Source of the DNA: a virus
Taxonomy: Duplodnaviria; Caudoviricetes
Length of the DNA: 64,000 nt
Reading direction: 5' to 3' (one strand)
IMG/VR virus record: IMGVR_UViG_3300032167_007466
Span: 1 to 64,000 of that record
Shown here: positions 29,816 to 39,706 of the stretch, piece after piece
Layout of the letters: each line of letters starts with the position of its first letter
How positions within the stretch are numbered: position 1 is the stretch's first letter
Translations under genes and position numbers: made by a program
Notes under the pieces: model-generated
Seen by the model: only the letters and a program-made list of their open reading frames with translations
The model's database searches: none
What the model was told of the DNA's origin: nothing

Positions 29816-30247
29816 TTATTCTCCCTCCAATATCACAAAGTTTTCTTTGTCTTCCGCAAGTTCTCTAAGCATATTTGAGCAATATGTATCACTATAATCT
29901 ACTCTTTTGTCAAGGATACTAAATCCTTTTTCTAAATGTTCAATAACCTTGTTGTAATTTTCAGTTAAATATTCATCATCTTCGAGAACCTTTTCAACTG
30001 TATCAGCATCACGCCAACCGTATTCATAAACAAAATGCTTGTCCCATTCTTCTTTGGTCTTATAAACTTTTCCAGCGTTTGTATCGTTGTCACCTTCGGT
30101 AAACAAAACCTTTTCAATTAAACTACCATAATTTTTGAGAAACGGATATTTTTCAATTGTTTCTTCATCGAATTCCGGTAGCGTTTTATACGCAATCACA
30201 TAACTACTACTACTTGAATTTGTCACAAAATCATTTCTTATCTTCAT
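29816..30247 (-). CDS. DFVTNSSSSS-motif protein
   Basis: MKIRNDFVTNSSSSSY. Confidence 0.85.
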   Translation of the reverse strand: MKIRNDFVTNSSSSSYVIAYKTLPEFDEETIEKYPFLKNYGSLIEKVLFTEGDNDTNAGKVYKTKEEWDKHFVYEYGWRDADTVEKVLEDDEYLTENYNKVIEHLEKGFSILDKRVDYSDTYCSNMLRELAEDKENFVILEGE

Positions 30248-30248
30248 A

Positions 30249-30629
30249 TTAAAACGTCCTTATCTTTATTTTTTCTGAGTTTACCCTATTGCCGTACTCA
30301 TATAGGAATGTTTCAAGTATATATCCGTCTTCACCAGAACATTCTCCACCAACAATAAACCAGTCTCCGAGTTCCATTTTGTAGTCTTCTCCCAAGATTT
30401 CATCGGCAATAAACTCTTTTAATGCCGTTTCTGCCTTGTTTTTATCAGGGTTCTGGAGTTCAAATTTTAATACGTCGTCTGGAATATAACCATATTCCAA
30501 AACATCATCAACCATTTGTTTCAACGACCCCATATTTTCAATTATGTCGTCTTTAGTACAATCATTTTTCTTTGCTATAACATAACTACTACTCGAAGAA
30601 TTAGTAACATAGTCTGTTCTTATTTTCAT
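30249..30629 (-). CDS. DFVTNSSSSS-motif protein
   Basis: MKIRTDYVTNSSSSSY. Confidence 0.85.
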   Translation of the reverse strand: MKIRTDYVTNSSSSSYVIAKKNDCTKDDIIENMGSLKQMVDDVLEYGYIPDDVLKFELQNPDKNKAETALKEFIADEILGEDYKMELGDWFIVGGECSGEDGYILETFLYEYGNRVNSEKIKIRTF

Positions 30630-30640
30630 TAAATTCCTCC

Positions 30641-30940
30641 TTAGTGATGTGATTCGCCAAATTCAACAGAGACCTCATCTGTGTTATACAGATAATCGTT
30701 ACCCCAACTGCCAAACTCAGAATGAATAAAGTTTTCAAATGCACCATCATCTCCATGGTCTCCGCATTCAAGGTCGATACTTTGTCCCGGCTCCAATACA
30801 AACCTATCTTTGGCATCTTCAATGATTCTCTCAAACATCTTACGAGCTACCTCTTCACTTGTAAGAATCTTGTCTGTGTTGTTTGTGATAATAAAGCTTG
30901 ATGAACTACTATTAGTCACAAAATCTTTGCGTGCTTTCAT
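30641..30940 (-). CDS. DFVTNSSSSS-motif protein
   Basis: MKARKDFVTNSSSSSF; RBS inside the rSAM 3' end. Confidence 0.85.
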   Translation of the reverse strand: MKARKDFVTNSSSSSFIITNNTDKILTSEEVARKMFERIIEDAKDRFVLEPGQSIDLECGDHGDDGAFENFIHSEFGSWGNDYLYNTDEVSVEFGESHH

Positions 30941-32012
30941 ATAAATCTTTCTCCTCTCTATTACATAAAACAATTTGTCTTCTTATAGGGCAACCGCCTC
31001 TACATTCGCATTGTCTACTACAACCGCTACAAGAATTTCTGAAATGGTCACGAAAATCTTCAAACTGTTTGCTATTCCAAGCGTTCTGTACCGTATCGTT
31101 TGAGATATCATAAGCCCATCTCATATCTTGATTATCAAAACTGCAAGGCAACATCTTCATATCAGATGTGATATAAGCAGACCATCTTCCGCCCTCACAA
31201 GTATCAAAACTATCCTCGTTGATATTAGATGTCATATTGATAAGAGCTGGAACTGTGCAAGAATCAAATCCAATCTTGAAATCAAACTGCTGAGTATCAA
31301 TAATATTGAAGAACTTCTTAACCCTTTCGTCGTTGATATCCAACACATTGCTTTCCTGACCTAATCCAACAGGCTTATGCAATAAGAAAATAATTGCATT
31401 GATTCCTTTCGGAAAATCATTGTTTTCAAGTCTCTCAATAGCTTCGTCTATAGAGTTATTCCCCAAAACATAATGAATGTTTGTCTTAATTCCTGCATCG
31501 AGTAGCATCTGAATTGCTCTATATGTATGCTCCTGACGATACCAACTGATTGCAACTGCACCACAAAGTTCTTTGCAAAGTGCTACAATTTCATCTGTAA
31601 ATCCTAATCCCGAAGATGTAAAATTGGGAACAATGCCATTCTCTCTACAATATCTAAGGATTTTCTCAAAATCTTCGTGCTGGTCAACATCACCTCTGCC
31701 ACCTAAAGCAAACTGAAATGTTTTACCTTTGCACTCATCAACAATTCTCTTGAAATTTTCAAAAGACATATTAGGGAATTTAGTCTTTAATCCGTTCTGA
31801 TAGCACTGAACACCCGACTTAATACATAGTCCTGATGCTCCGTGAACACAATGCCCCATAATTCCTATGTCCAAAAGTTCCGGAAATGAGGTCATAAAAG
31901 GGTCAACACCCGTGTCCTGACCATCTTCAATAACTCCACTTCTCATGTAAAACCCTGTTTTGGGATTGAACATAGAAACAAATTTGTTCTTTTTATCAAT
32001 CTTTTTAATCAT
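30912..32012 (-). CDS. radical SAM/SPASM-domain protein
   Basis: Cys triad CVHGASGLCIKSGVQCYQ, ALGGRGD, SPASM C..G, PC, CSGC.....CRGGC. Confidence 0.9.
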   Translation of the reverse strand: MIKKIDKKNKFVSMFNPKTGFYMRSGVIEDGQDTGVDPFMTSFPELLDIGIMGHCVHGASGLCIKSGVQCYQNGLKTKFPNMSFENFKRIVDECKGKTFQFALGGRGDVDQHEDFEKILRYCRENGIVPNFTSSGLGFTDEIVALCKELCGAVAISWYRQEHTYRAIQMLLDAGIKTNIHYVLGNNSIDEAIERLENNDFPKGINAIIFLLHKPVGLGQESNVLDINDERVKKFFNIIDTQQFDFKIGFDSCTVPALINMTSNINEDSFDTCEGGRWSAYITSDMKMLPCSFDNQDMRWAYDISNDTVQNAWNSKQFEDFRDHFRNSCSGCSRQCECRGGCPIRRQIVLCNREEKDLYESTQRFCD

Positions 32013-32143
32013 TTTTTACAACCTCACTTAATTATTCTCCGTAATTTTGCCAATAAAACCTTTCTTCTGTGGAGAGTTTTTTCAACTTTCTGATTAGAAA
32101 CCAGACTACTTAGGGGCTCCACATACCCATCTACTACTTTGGC

Positions 32144-33532
32144 TTACGCTATCCGTAGATACTTTAAATTTTTGTACCTTTCAATATGAATGTCTTTTCC
32201 ATTAAAGTTAAGTATATTCATAGCACCGACTAAATCACGATGTTGCTCATAACCACACTGACATATGTAGTTTCTGCCACTCGGCTTATGTCTTTCGCCA
32301 CAATGAGGGCAAGTTTGAGAACTGAACGCTTCCGAAACTTTAACAAGTTCAATACCATACCTGCTTAACTTATTCTCTAACTGTAATGTCAATAGACCAT
32401 AACACCAATCACGAAGTTTTTGATTAGTGTAACCATTAAATTTTCCGTGATGTCCTCTTGTGCAAGAGTCTAAATCACCATAATATACTTTTGATATGTT
32501 ATTCTCAATACAGTAATCAAGATACAATTTACTTATCTTATGAACACAGTCCAAAATCTGCCTATCTGTTTTTAACTTCAACTTATAGATGGCACGACTG
32601 TATTTCTTGTACTGCCTACTGCCTTTGGTTAACTTGTCTCTCTTGCTCCTTAGTTTTGCCTGTTCTTTGTTTTGAAGCCTCTTGATACTCCTAATCTTCC
32701 TACCCGTTATAATGACGGCATCGCCATTATTATCAATAGAAGATATACTATGTATTTCTCCAAAATCAATAGCAGCAACATTTTCCTCTTTGATGTCTGT
32801 ATTGGCTTTAGGTTCTTTGTATTTGACTGCAAAACAAAGCCCGTTGCGATATATTAACTCTATTTCTACAATGTGTTTTGGCATTGTTTTAAACCAACAT
32901 CTCACTTGTTTTTGAGGACGCCCGTTTTCGTCAACCTTTTTAGCAAGTTTAAGAATTTTGTTTTTATAATCGACAACAAAGCTAAAGACATTCCAACAAA
33001 CCACGAAATACTTTTTCTTTTTATATGGCAATTCGACTTTCTTGCTGTTGGTGTGGTCTGAAGTCATAGACTTATACATTGCATCTCTTGCGGTATAATA
33101 TTTTATAAACACACCCTGATTCCCAACTGCATGAAGTGGAGTTTTGTTTTTTACAAAAGACTGCAACTCTCCCTTTTTCATGTATCTACCGTTCTGATTA
33201 TGGAATTCTTTATCAGCATCAACTATCGCATTCCAACAGTCGCCAGCCCAACGGCTACACTGCATCAGATATTGGTAATCTTTACTGGAGCATTTCACAG
33301 GAATAATCATTGTTTTATAAAAATACCCATTCTCAAATCCCGGCAACGGATACTTATATATTTTGTTAATTTTAATGTGCCTGTTGTCCGTTCTTTCAAA
33401 TTCAAAATATCTTTCAAATTCTTCAAGTAATTCAACCTTTTTATTGGTTCCAGTCTCGCATTTAACTTCTAGTCGTTCACACAAAGTTCTATATTCGTAT
33501 ATTTCGCCAACCTGAATGTTCTCAATTTTCGT
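32144..33532 (-). CDS. tnpB: TnpB (IS200/IS605 OrfB) with N-terminal extension
   Basis: RuvC-I AIDFG, RuvC-II YGDL, SQTCPHC..CQCG, RuvC-III HRDLVGAMNI; frame open up to ACG 8 nt after GGAGG; no tnpA. Confidence 0.9.
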   Translation of the reverse strand, partial: TKIENIQVGEIYEYRTLCERLEVKCETGTNKKVELLEEFERYFEFERTDNRHIKINKIYKYPLPGFENGYFYKTMIIPVKCSSKDYQYLMQCSRWAGDCWNAIVDADKEFHNQNGRYMKKGELQSFVKNKTPLHAVGNQGVFIKYYTARDAMYKSMTSDHTNSKKVELPYKKKKYFVVCWNVFSFVVDYKNKILKLAKKVDENGRPQKQVRCWFKTMPKHIVEIELIYRNGLCFAVKYKEPKANTDIKEENVAAIDFGEIHSISSIDNNGDAVIITGRKIRSIKRLQNKEQAKLRSKRDKLTKGSRQYKKYSRAIYKLKLKTDRQILDCVHKISKLYLDYCIENNISKVYYGDLDSCTRGHHGKFNGYTNQKLRDWCYGLLTLQLENKLSRYGIELVKVSEAFSSQTCPHCGERHKPSGRNYICQCGYEQHRDLVGAMNILNFNGKDIHIERYKNLKYLRIA

Positions 33533-33597
33533 ATTTTACACCTCCCCTCAATACATTATTCTCCATAATTCCCTGATAAAATAAGAATTTCAACTAC

Positions 33598-33942
33598 TCA
33601 ACATCTCGATTTTGTTAATTCGCCATTAAAGTAATCATAACAGGTAGTTGTTCCATTATCGTATATCACCACAACCTCGCCTTCATAGTTTTGAATTTTA
33701 CTATGTAATTCTGTTGAATTGCCATATCTGTATCCTAATATTGTTGGATTATAACACTTTCTTTTATCAAACAACTCTTCTCTAATCTCGTGATTCAGCT
33801 CATCAAAATTTATCTCTGGGAACAAATCAGGGAATTCTTCCATAATTTTCTGACTTTCCCAATAAGTTACATCATCTTGTGTGCGTAAAAACATCATCAC
33901 AATAGATTTATATACGCTTTTCACTTTGTCTTTTTTGTTCAT
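33598..33942 (-). CDS. hypothetical protein
   Basis: RBS AAGGAGG; bounded by dyad sites. Confidence 0.7.
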   Translation of the reverse strand: MNKKDKVKSVYKSIVMMFLRTQDDVTYWESQKIMEEFPDLFPEINFDELNHEIREELFDKRKCYNPTILGYRYGNSTELHSKIQNYEGEVVVIYDNGTTTCYDYFNGELTKSRC

Positions 33943-33964
33943 AATTCCTCCTTAAAACAACGTT

Positions 33965-34213
33965 TTATTTGCTTTCAGCAGTTTTTACTTTTACAATCTT
34001 ACACTGTTCATTAAGCAACCAATTTAAACTCACATTTGATGGTTTTCTTATAAAGAAATTAGGGCTTTTGTTAGAATACTTTGCTTTTACTACTTGTGTA
34101 TTACTAAAATAATAATAGTCTCTCACATTAGATTGGTTTGAAAACCTAAACTTTTCCCATTTCTTTAAACCTAATTTTTTACGTATAAGAAATAATATTA
34201 TTTTATTCGTCAT
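33965..34213 (-). CDS. basic hypothetical protein
   Basis: Co-oriented ORF. Confidence 0.65.
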   Translation of the reverse strand: MTNKIILFLIRKKLGLKKWEKFRFSNQSNVRDYYYFSNTQVVKAKYSNKSPNFFIRKPSNVSLNWLLNEQCKIVKVKTAESK

Positions 34214-34215
34214 CT

Positions 34216-34707
34216 TTATTTACTCCTTTCTAATGCTCCATTACTGCAATAAGTTATAGAACAGTAGCTACCACCCATGTACACTTCTTTATTGCATTCT
34301 TTCTTAAATTCACAATCTTTACAGTACACAATTCTTTCTGTTGGCATAGTTTCAACAGTCTCTTTTGCCTGTTCTATTGCATCAAGAAAACCTTCTGAAT
34401 AATCATCTATACCTCCACCACATTTTGTAAACGGACTGGTGTTTAAAAGCTTTTTATTATTAATGTATTCAGCCCCTAAATCAAATTTAGTCCAATTCCC
34501 TTTGTGAACAGTTTTAGCTATATCGTCCATATCTGCTTCAGCTTCCTGTCTAGTTTGTTTGCTACCGCCATAATTTTGATTGTACCATGACATTTTTTTA
34601 AACGGAATTTCATTGCTATCTTTATTTTTTATGTACACTCCATATTCACCATCATCGTCTTTAAATACAGCCATAACTTGTCCCTTAAAACTTCTATAAG
34701 CCCTCAC
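34216..34707 (-). CDS. hypothetical protein
   Basis: C-terminal V.CKDC...C..G motif common in phages. Confidence 0.65.
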   Translation of the reverse strand: MRAYRSFKGQVMAVFKDDDGEYGVYIKNKDSNEIPFKKMSWYNQNYGGSKQTRQEAEADMDDIAKTVHKGNWTKFDLGAEYINNKKLLNTSPFTKCGGGIDDYSEGFLDAIEQAKETVETMPTERIVYCKDCEFKKECNKEVYMGGSYCSITYCSNGALERSK

Positions 34708-34729
34708 CTACATAACTCCTTTCCAATCA

Positions 34730-34963
34730 TTACATCAGTTCAGATGCAAATATAGGTTCAATCGGTTGTGACTTACTTAGCATAACAGTATTATTACCAT
34801 ATTTGATTCTTTGTTTTGGTTGTATTGCAGCAACAAAATCACGTGCCTCATTACCCCAATTCCATACGTCCTGCATACACCAACCGTCATCATTTGTACT
34901 TGCATCTTTTGATACTATATAATTATTTCTCTTCGGTCTATAAACTCTCTTTATTCTCAACAT
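34730..34963 (-). CDS. hypothetical protein
   Basis: RBS AAGGAG. Confidence 0.6.
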   Translation of the reverse strand: MLRIKRVYRPKRNNYIVSKDASTNDDGWCMQDVWNWGNEARDFVAAIQPKQRIKYGNNTVMLSKSQPIEPIFASELM

Positions 34964-34976
34964 AATATTATTCTCC

Positions 34977-35666
34977 TTATATATCGATATCTAAGTCATC
35001 ATTTTCGAATAAGCCGATTAGCACTCTTGGTATATATCGCCTATCTCGTATGATATTTATTGTCTTACAAATATCATTAACTTGAGCATTTAACTCAGCA
35101 TGATACTGGTTTATTTTATGCAATATTTCAAGCTGAGTTTTTATAGACCTACGCTCAAGCAATATCTTGCTTTCCAGTCTATCTCTTTTATAAGCATCAA
35201 CTGTTCCAAGTTTCTTTTTTAAATGATGATGTTCCAAATCTTCAAAAGCACATTCCAATGCTTGCAGTCTGTTTTTCAGAATTTCTTCGGTTTTTTTAGA
35301 GTTCTCCAATATATTTTGTATGTTTTCAAAAGCAGACACATATTTTTGTACGTTGTCGTCATTATTGAAATCATATAGGTCAAGGGTGTACAACTTCGTT
35401 TTATCAGTCGCAGTATTTTCTATTCTTTTTTGAATTTTTTCTGACTGCGAAAGCGTAGATTTCTCTAAAGCACCATTTTCAAGTTTCGATATAAAAAAGT
35501 TGGAACGCCATGCCTTTGGTACAGAGTTATCTAAAACAGCCTTAGCAACTTGGGCTTTGTCCCATACGTCAGCTAAAGATATGTTGCTTACTATACTGAA
35601 TTGTCCATTCATTGACTGTTTGATAAATTTATTTCCGTCGGTTATGTAATATTCTGCCTTTGCCAA
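34977..35666 (-). CDS. coiled-coil phage protein
   Basis: D.EH...RR.IK...Y.PR motif; operonic. Confidence 0.75.
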   Translation of the reverse strand: MAKAEYYITDGNKFIKQSMNGQFSIVSNISLADVWDKAQVAKAVLDNSVPKAWRSNFFISKLENGALEKSTLSQSEKIQKRIENTATDKTKLYTLDLYDFNNDDNVQKYVSAFENIQNILENSKKTEEILKNRLQALECAFEDLEHHHLKKKLGTVDAYKRDRLESKILLERRSIKTQLEILHKINQYHAELNAQVNDICKTINIIRDRRYIPRVLIGLFENDDLDIDI

Positions 35667-36494
35667 TTAACTCACCTTTGCCTTCTTGTTTCTTCTTGGT
35701 TTATTAATTGTATCTTCATACAACTCGTTTATTTGTTTTGCGATATGATAACACGCACCATCTGCACGTCCCGGTCTCAAAATGCCAAATTTCATAAACA
35801 GAGATGCACTTGCGATCAATTCATTAGGAGAAATGTGACCCAAAACATCAATTAAAACATTATCATCCACATCAGAATGTTCGTTAAAGAAGGTAGCCAT
35901 TCCAGTAATAATTGAACTTGTTAAAGAATCTTTGTCTCCAAGCCAAGCACCCCTTAGTACTTTAAGTACTCTTTCAGCCATGCTAAACCCATACTTTTTA
36001 CACATTTTATCGAATTTGCTTACGGCTCCGATAAGGTTGTTGTCTTTTGTAGAGCCATTCTTGTTATAGTCATATTTGTATTTCTTGAATAGACTCACTA
36101 AAGTGATAGCAATATCTTCTTTTTCTTCAACACGACAATGGAATACCTGATTTGCATTAAGTTGAGTTCTCCCTGTGTTGAGAATATTAAATCTCCTACA
36201 TTCCTGTTCGTATGTTAAGCCCGAAAGAACTATCGCCCAGATCTCTTTAAATCCCAGTCTTTTAAGAGCCTCGATTCGGTGCTGTGCATCTATGCACCAA
36301 AACTCTCCGTTTCTCCAACTCACCAAAGCAACACCCATAATATCAGGTATAAAATTTTCGATAATCTTTCTTACCTTTGACATCTTTAACTCTCTTTGAT
36401 AAGGGGCAAACTTGATACTATCTATCGGAATTCTTTTGAGGGTTAGTTCCGGCAACACCCTTGATTCTACGTTCTTTGCTTTAAATATTTTCAT
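35667..36494 (-). CDS. ParB-like (DUF6551-type) protein
   Basis: YQR, IDAQHR, F..LN. Confidence 0.8.
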   Translation of the reverse strand: MKIFKAKNVESRVLPELTLKRIPIDSIKFAPYQRELKMSKVRKIIENFIPDIMGVALVSWRNGEFWCIDAQHRIEALKRLGFKEIWAIVLSGLTYEQECRRFNILNTGRTQLNANQVFHCRVEEKEDIAITLVSLFKKYKYDYNKNGSTKDNNLIGAVSKFDKMCKKYGFSMAERVLKVLRGAWLGDKDSLTSSIITGMATFFNEHSDVDDNVLIDVLGHISPNELIASASLFMKFGILRPGRADGACYHIAKQINELYEDTINKPRRNKKAKVS

Positions 36495-38094
36495 ACTTCA
36501 TCATCTCCTTGCTTATATATTGATTTATATTTGAAATAATTTCTTGCTGCTTCATCACAATGGTACTATTAGAAGAGAAAGAGTTGTTCTCGTCAGCATC
36601 TATCTCTTTAAAGGCATTTCCCTTAAATGATAGCAACCACTCATCAATATCAATGTCAATATTATTATCAAAAATATATTTAACAGCATAAACATACATT
36701 GGTAAATTAACATCGTTTTCATCGACACCAACATCATCAAGATAAGATTTATAAGATAAACAATCATCTAACATTGATTTTTTCCCGTATTTCTTATACC
36801 ATCTAATAATACTTTTTAATGTGTCGGCTTCAAAATCATTATAAGAATGGTTATCTGTTGTCATCATAAGTGTTTCTAACGCAACACCTTCACTTTCAAA
36901 GTTTTCAGAGAATTCTACAAGTTCTTCATTCATATCATCAGATACACAATCGTCTTTTGGTACATCAACACCAAGATAATCGCACATAAGTTTTGTAAGA
37001 AAATCAATTCGTGTTTTTACAACATTTGTATCCTTAGTAGAAGTGTTTTTTAATAAACCTTCGAAACTAACACCATCTATTTCTTTTATACATAGACCCG
37101 ACATAGGTTCTTTTGTAAGAATTTTGCCCTTTTCATCTCTTGGAATCCCCTTATTTAACTCAAGCATAAATTCATTGAATTTATCATCATCTACACCAAG
37201 TTTAGTAAAACGAGCATACAATCCAAACCATAAGAAACTATATTTAGAATCAAACATTTGACCAACCGATGGGTCAACTAAGTCTTCAAGTGATTCTACA
37301 AGATTTCTAAATTCTTCAAAGTCTTCATTTGTTGCATTTTCTTTAATATATTCACATATTTCACCATAATCCTTAAACCACTTATCTAAGAATCTTGTTG
37401 TCATAACTGATTCAACAATGATACGATAGATTTTTCCGTTTTTGAATTGACTATTCGAATATGCACCAATACCATCTTCGAAAAATGCCATAGATGAAAT
37501 ATTTCTTACTACACTTGCAAAATGAGTTCCTATACGAGTAATACCTTTTTGTTCTGCATTCATTGCACGACCTTCATTATATCTCTTGATATGATACGCA
37601 AGATTTTCTTCTGAACAATCATAATACAAAACAATATCAAAACCGTAGTCAAGAATTCTTTCCTGTAGTTCTCTTGGCAAAGATTTAAACCTTTTACCAC
37701 GAATATCACACACCTCTGTTTTGTGTATTACAATGTTATCTTCATCACGCATCTGTATTCCATCTTCATCAAGAACTGGCACAGCATATTCAATCATATA
37801 TCTATCTATGTTTTTACTTATAGAATACCCATTATTAATGAAATCCTTTATGTTTGTACATCTTTGTTTCCCATCAATACCCCAAGTAACTGGAGCTTCG
37901 TGAATTTCCTGCTCTGCAAATACTAAATCGGGTATTGGATTTTCCTGTAATATATCAGATATTAAATTACCTTTCATTACAGATGACCATTGCTCTGATG
38001 CTCTTTGTAAAGGATGGTCAAAATTAATAGCATGTCTGTCCATCTTTTTTACAATAGAGCCAATATGTAAGCGTATTTTTTTACTGTCTTTCAT
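36481..38094 (-). CDS. DUF262/ParB-like domain protein
   Basis: LQR...QW, LISDIL..NPIP, IDGKQR, R.N.G..MN..Q. Confidence 0.8.
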   Translation of the reverse strand: MKDSKKIRLHIGSIVKKMDRHAINFDHPLQRASEQWSSVMKGNLISDILQENPIPDLVFAEQEIHEAPVTWGIDGKQRCTNIKDFINNGYSISKNIDRYMIEYAVPVLDEDGIQMRDEDNIVIHKTEVCDIRGKRFKSLPRELQERILDYGFDIVLYYDCSEENLAYHIKRYNEGRAMNAEQKGITRIGTHFASVVRNISSMAFFEDGIGAYSNSQFKNGKIYRIIVESVMTTRFLDKWFKDYGEICEYIKENATNEDFEEFRNLVESLEDLVDPSVGQMFDSKYSFLWFGLYARFTKLGVDDDKFNEFMLELNKGIPRDEKGKILTKEPMSGLCIKEIDGVSFEGLLKNTSTKDTNVVKTRIDFLTKLMCDYLGVDVPKDDCVSDDMNEELVEFSENFESEGVALETLMMTTDNHSYNDFEADTLKSIIRWYKKYGKKSMLDDCLSYKSYLDDVGVDENDVNLPMYVYAVKYIFDNNIDIDIDEWLLSFKGNAFKEIDADENNSFSSNSTIVMKQQEIISNINQYISKEMMKYENI

Positions 38095-38651
38095 TTTATC
38101 ACTCCTCTTAATTTGTTAAGCGGCTCCGTCTTTTCTTCGGAACGCATCCTTTGAATTATCATTTTAAACTTGTCATCACTAAGACCAAGCATTTTTTTTA
38201 TTGTATTAACATCATAACCCGCTATAATTAATTCTGCTATTTTTCTTTGTGTTTTTGTAAGTGAGTCGATGTATCTTTGAGCAAGATAGTTTAATTCATA
38301 CTCTTGTTCTGCAATAAGCATATTCTCAATAGTTATCTTGGATTCTTCATCAGTAACTTTATTTATACTTTCTGATTTTGAATTTCCTATCCTCTTATCT
38401 CTATAATAAAAAGTAAGTTCTGTTTTAGCTTTACGTTGTAATATATTTGTTGCATATGTAAGTAGGTTAGATTTTTGCGGGTTGAATGTTTTAATAGCTT
38501 TAGACAACTCAAACCCTGCAAGACTTTCAAAATCATCATAATCTAACTTGGCACTCTCATACATTTTTTTGAATTTCCTATTCCATAAGGGAAGAATAAC
38601 TTTCTTTTGTATATCTTTCCAGTTTTCCTCTAACACTATCAATGTCATCAA
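38091..38651 (-). CDS. sigma-70-family sigma factor
   Basis: Region 2-like D.DD..S.A...L.KAI.TFN; region 4-like LT..QRKIAEL...GY. Confidence 0.75.
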   Translation of the reverse strand: MMTLIVLEENWKDIQKKVILPLWNRKFKKMYESAKLDYDDFESLAGFELSKAIKTFNPQKSNLLTYATNILQRKAKTELTFYYRDKRIGNSKSESINKVTDEESKITIENMLIAEQEYELNYLAQRYIDSLTKTQRKIAELIIAGYDVNTIKKMLGLSDDKFKMIIQRMRSEEKTEPLNKLRGVIK

Positions 38652-38666
38652 CTCCTTGCATATGTA

Positions 38667-38957
38667 TTATTGACGATCATCTATAAATTGTGGACATTTT
38701 TTTATTTTAAAAGATTTAATATCTCCCATGCTGTCTTTAATTATTGTAGGAGTAGCATCCCAACCATCGACAGGTGTTAGACTCTTACTCCATGAGCAAC
38801 CACCACAAGCATTTTTACATCTCCAACATAGTTGTTCGTTTTCTTCCCGCCTTTGCTTTGCCATTCCACGAGTGCACTCATATGAACAATACTTTTTAAG
38901 ACTTGACCTACTAAGAAATTTCTTTTTACAAAATTCACAAGTTTTCTTATACTTCAT
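38667..38957 (-). CDS. Cys-rich zinc-finger protein
   Basis: CEFC..YCSYEC, LCWRC..ACG.CSWS..PV.GW. Confidence 0.75.
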   Translation of the reverse strand: MKYKKTCEFCKKKFLSRSSLKKYCSYECTRGMAKQRREENEQLCWRCKNACGGCSWSKSLTPVDGWDATPTIIKDSMGDIKSFKIKKCPQFIDDRQ

Positions 38958-38967
38958 TAGTATCACC

Positions 38968-39657
38968 TCATTTGTATAATCTTCTGTTGCTTGAATAACA
39001 AAAGTAAGTTGTGCCAAGCGTCTTGTCTCTTATTGCTTTATATGTACCGCTACCTTGTGTAAAATTCGCCTGAAATACCACGCTTGGAGGAGCAATACTA
39101 CCATTTATAAGCACTTGTAATGCAGAATTAATTGCCTTTTCAGACGGAATAAGGTTTTGAAAATATCCTGTCCGTACTGGTGCATATTGTCCTCTTTGGT
39201 ATATGACGTCATATATCGTATTTGGAAACTCAGGACTATTTACCCTGTTTATAACAACACTTGCCACAAGTTGTCTATGCTCTTCAGTGAGCCAATTACT
39301 GCCTGCTTCAGCTTGTACTATCTTAGCGAGGAGCATCAACTCGTCATAATTAAGATTATCATCAATTCCTATGTATTCTTTTTTTAGGTTTCTCAATCTC
39401 TCATACTCTTTGCCTGACACACTATTACCTTTACTGACCGCCTGAGCCATCAATAAAGAGTAATCTGTATTCATATCAAATTCTTTTGGTTCTTCTGTTA
39501 CTATTGGAATTTCTGTTTGAATAGTTTCATTATCATCTTCAGCAAACTTTCGCTCAAACTCTCCCGATGCAGTCAATGTCATTTTATAAGACAATATAAT
39601 TCCAAAGACTATAATAATTGTTGCACCTATAATAGACATAAATTTTTCTTTCTTCAT
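38968..39657 (-). CDS. SleB/Hydrolase_2 family cell wall hydrolase
   Basis: N-terminal TM; LAKIVQAEAG, V.SVVINRV.S.EFPNTI..VIYQ.GQY. Confidence 0.9.
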   Translation of the reverse strand: MKKEKFMSIIGATIIIVFGIILSYKMTLTASGEFERKFAEDDNETIQTEIPIVTEEPKEFDMNTDYSLLMAQAVSKGNSVSGKEYERLRNLKKEYIGIDDNLNYDELMLLAKIVQAEAGSNWLTEEHRQLVASVVINRVNSPEFPNTIYDVIYQRGQYAPVRTGYFQNLIPSEKAINSALQVLINGSIAPPSVVFQANFTQGSGTYKAIRDKTLGTTYFCYSSNRRLYK

Positions 39658-39706
39658 TTTTATTTTCTTCCTTTCATACTACCTATTCTCATTTTCTTAT
39701 CTAAAA

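Noticed and set aside
30912-32012. Radical SAM as the missing NrdG activase
   Set aside because: Has a SPASM domain, is much longer than NrdG and is coupled to the NSSSSS genes 25 kb from nrdD
32144-33532. Intact IS200/IS605 element or Cas12 effector
   Set aside because: No tnpA, no recognisable end hairpins, no CRISPR array; size is TnpB-like
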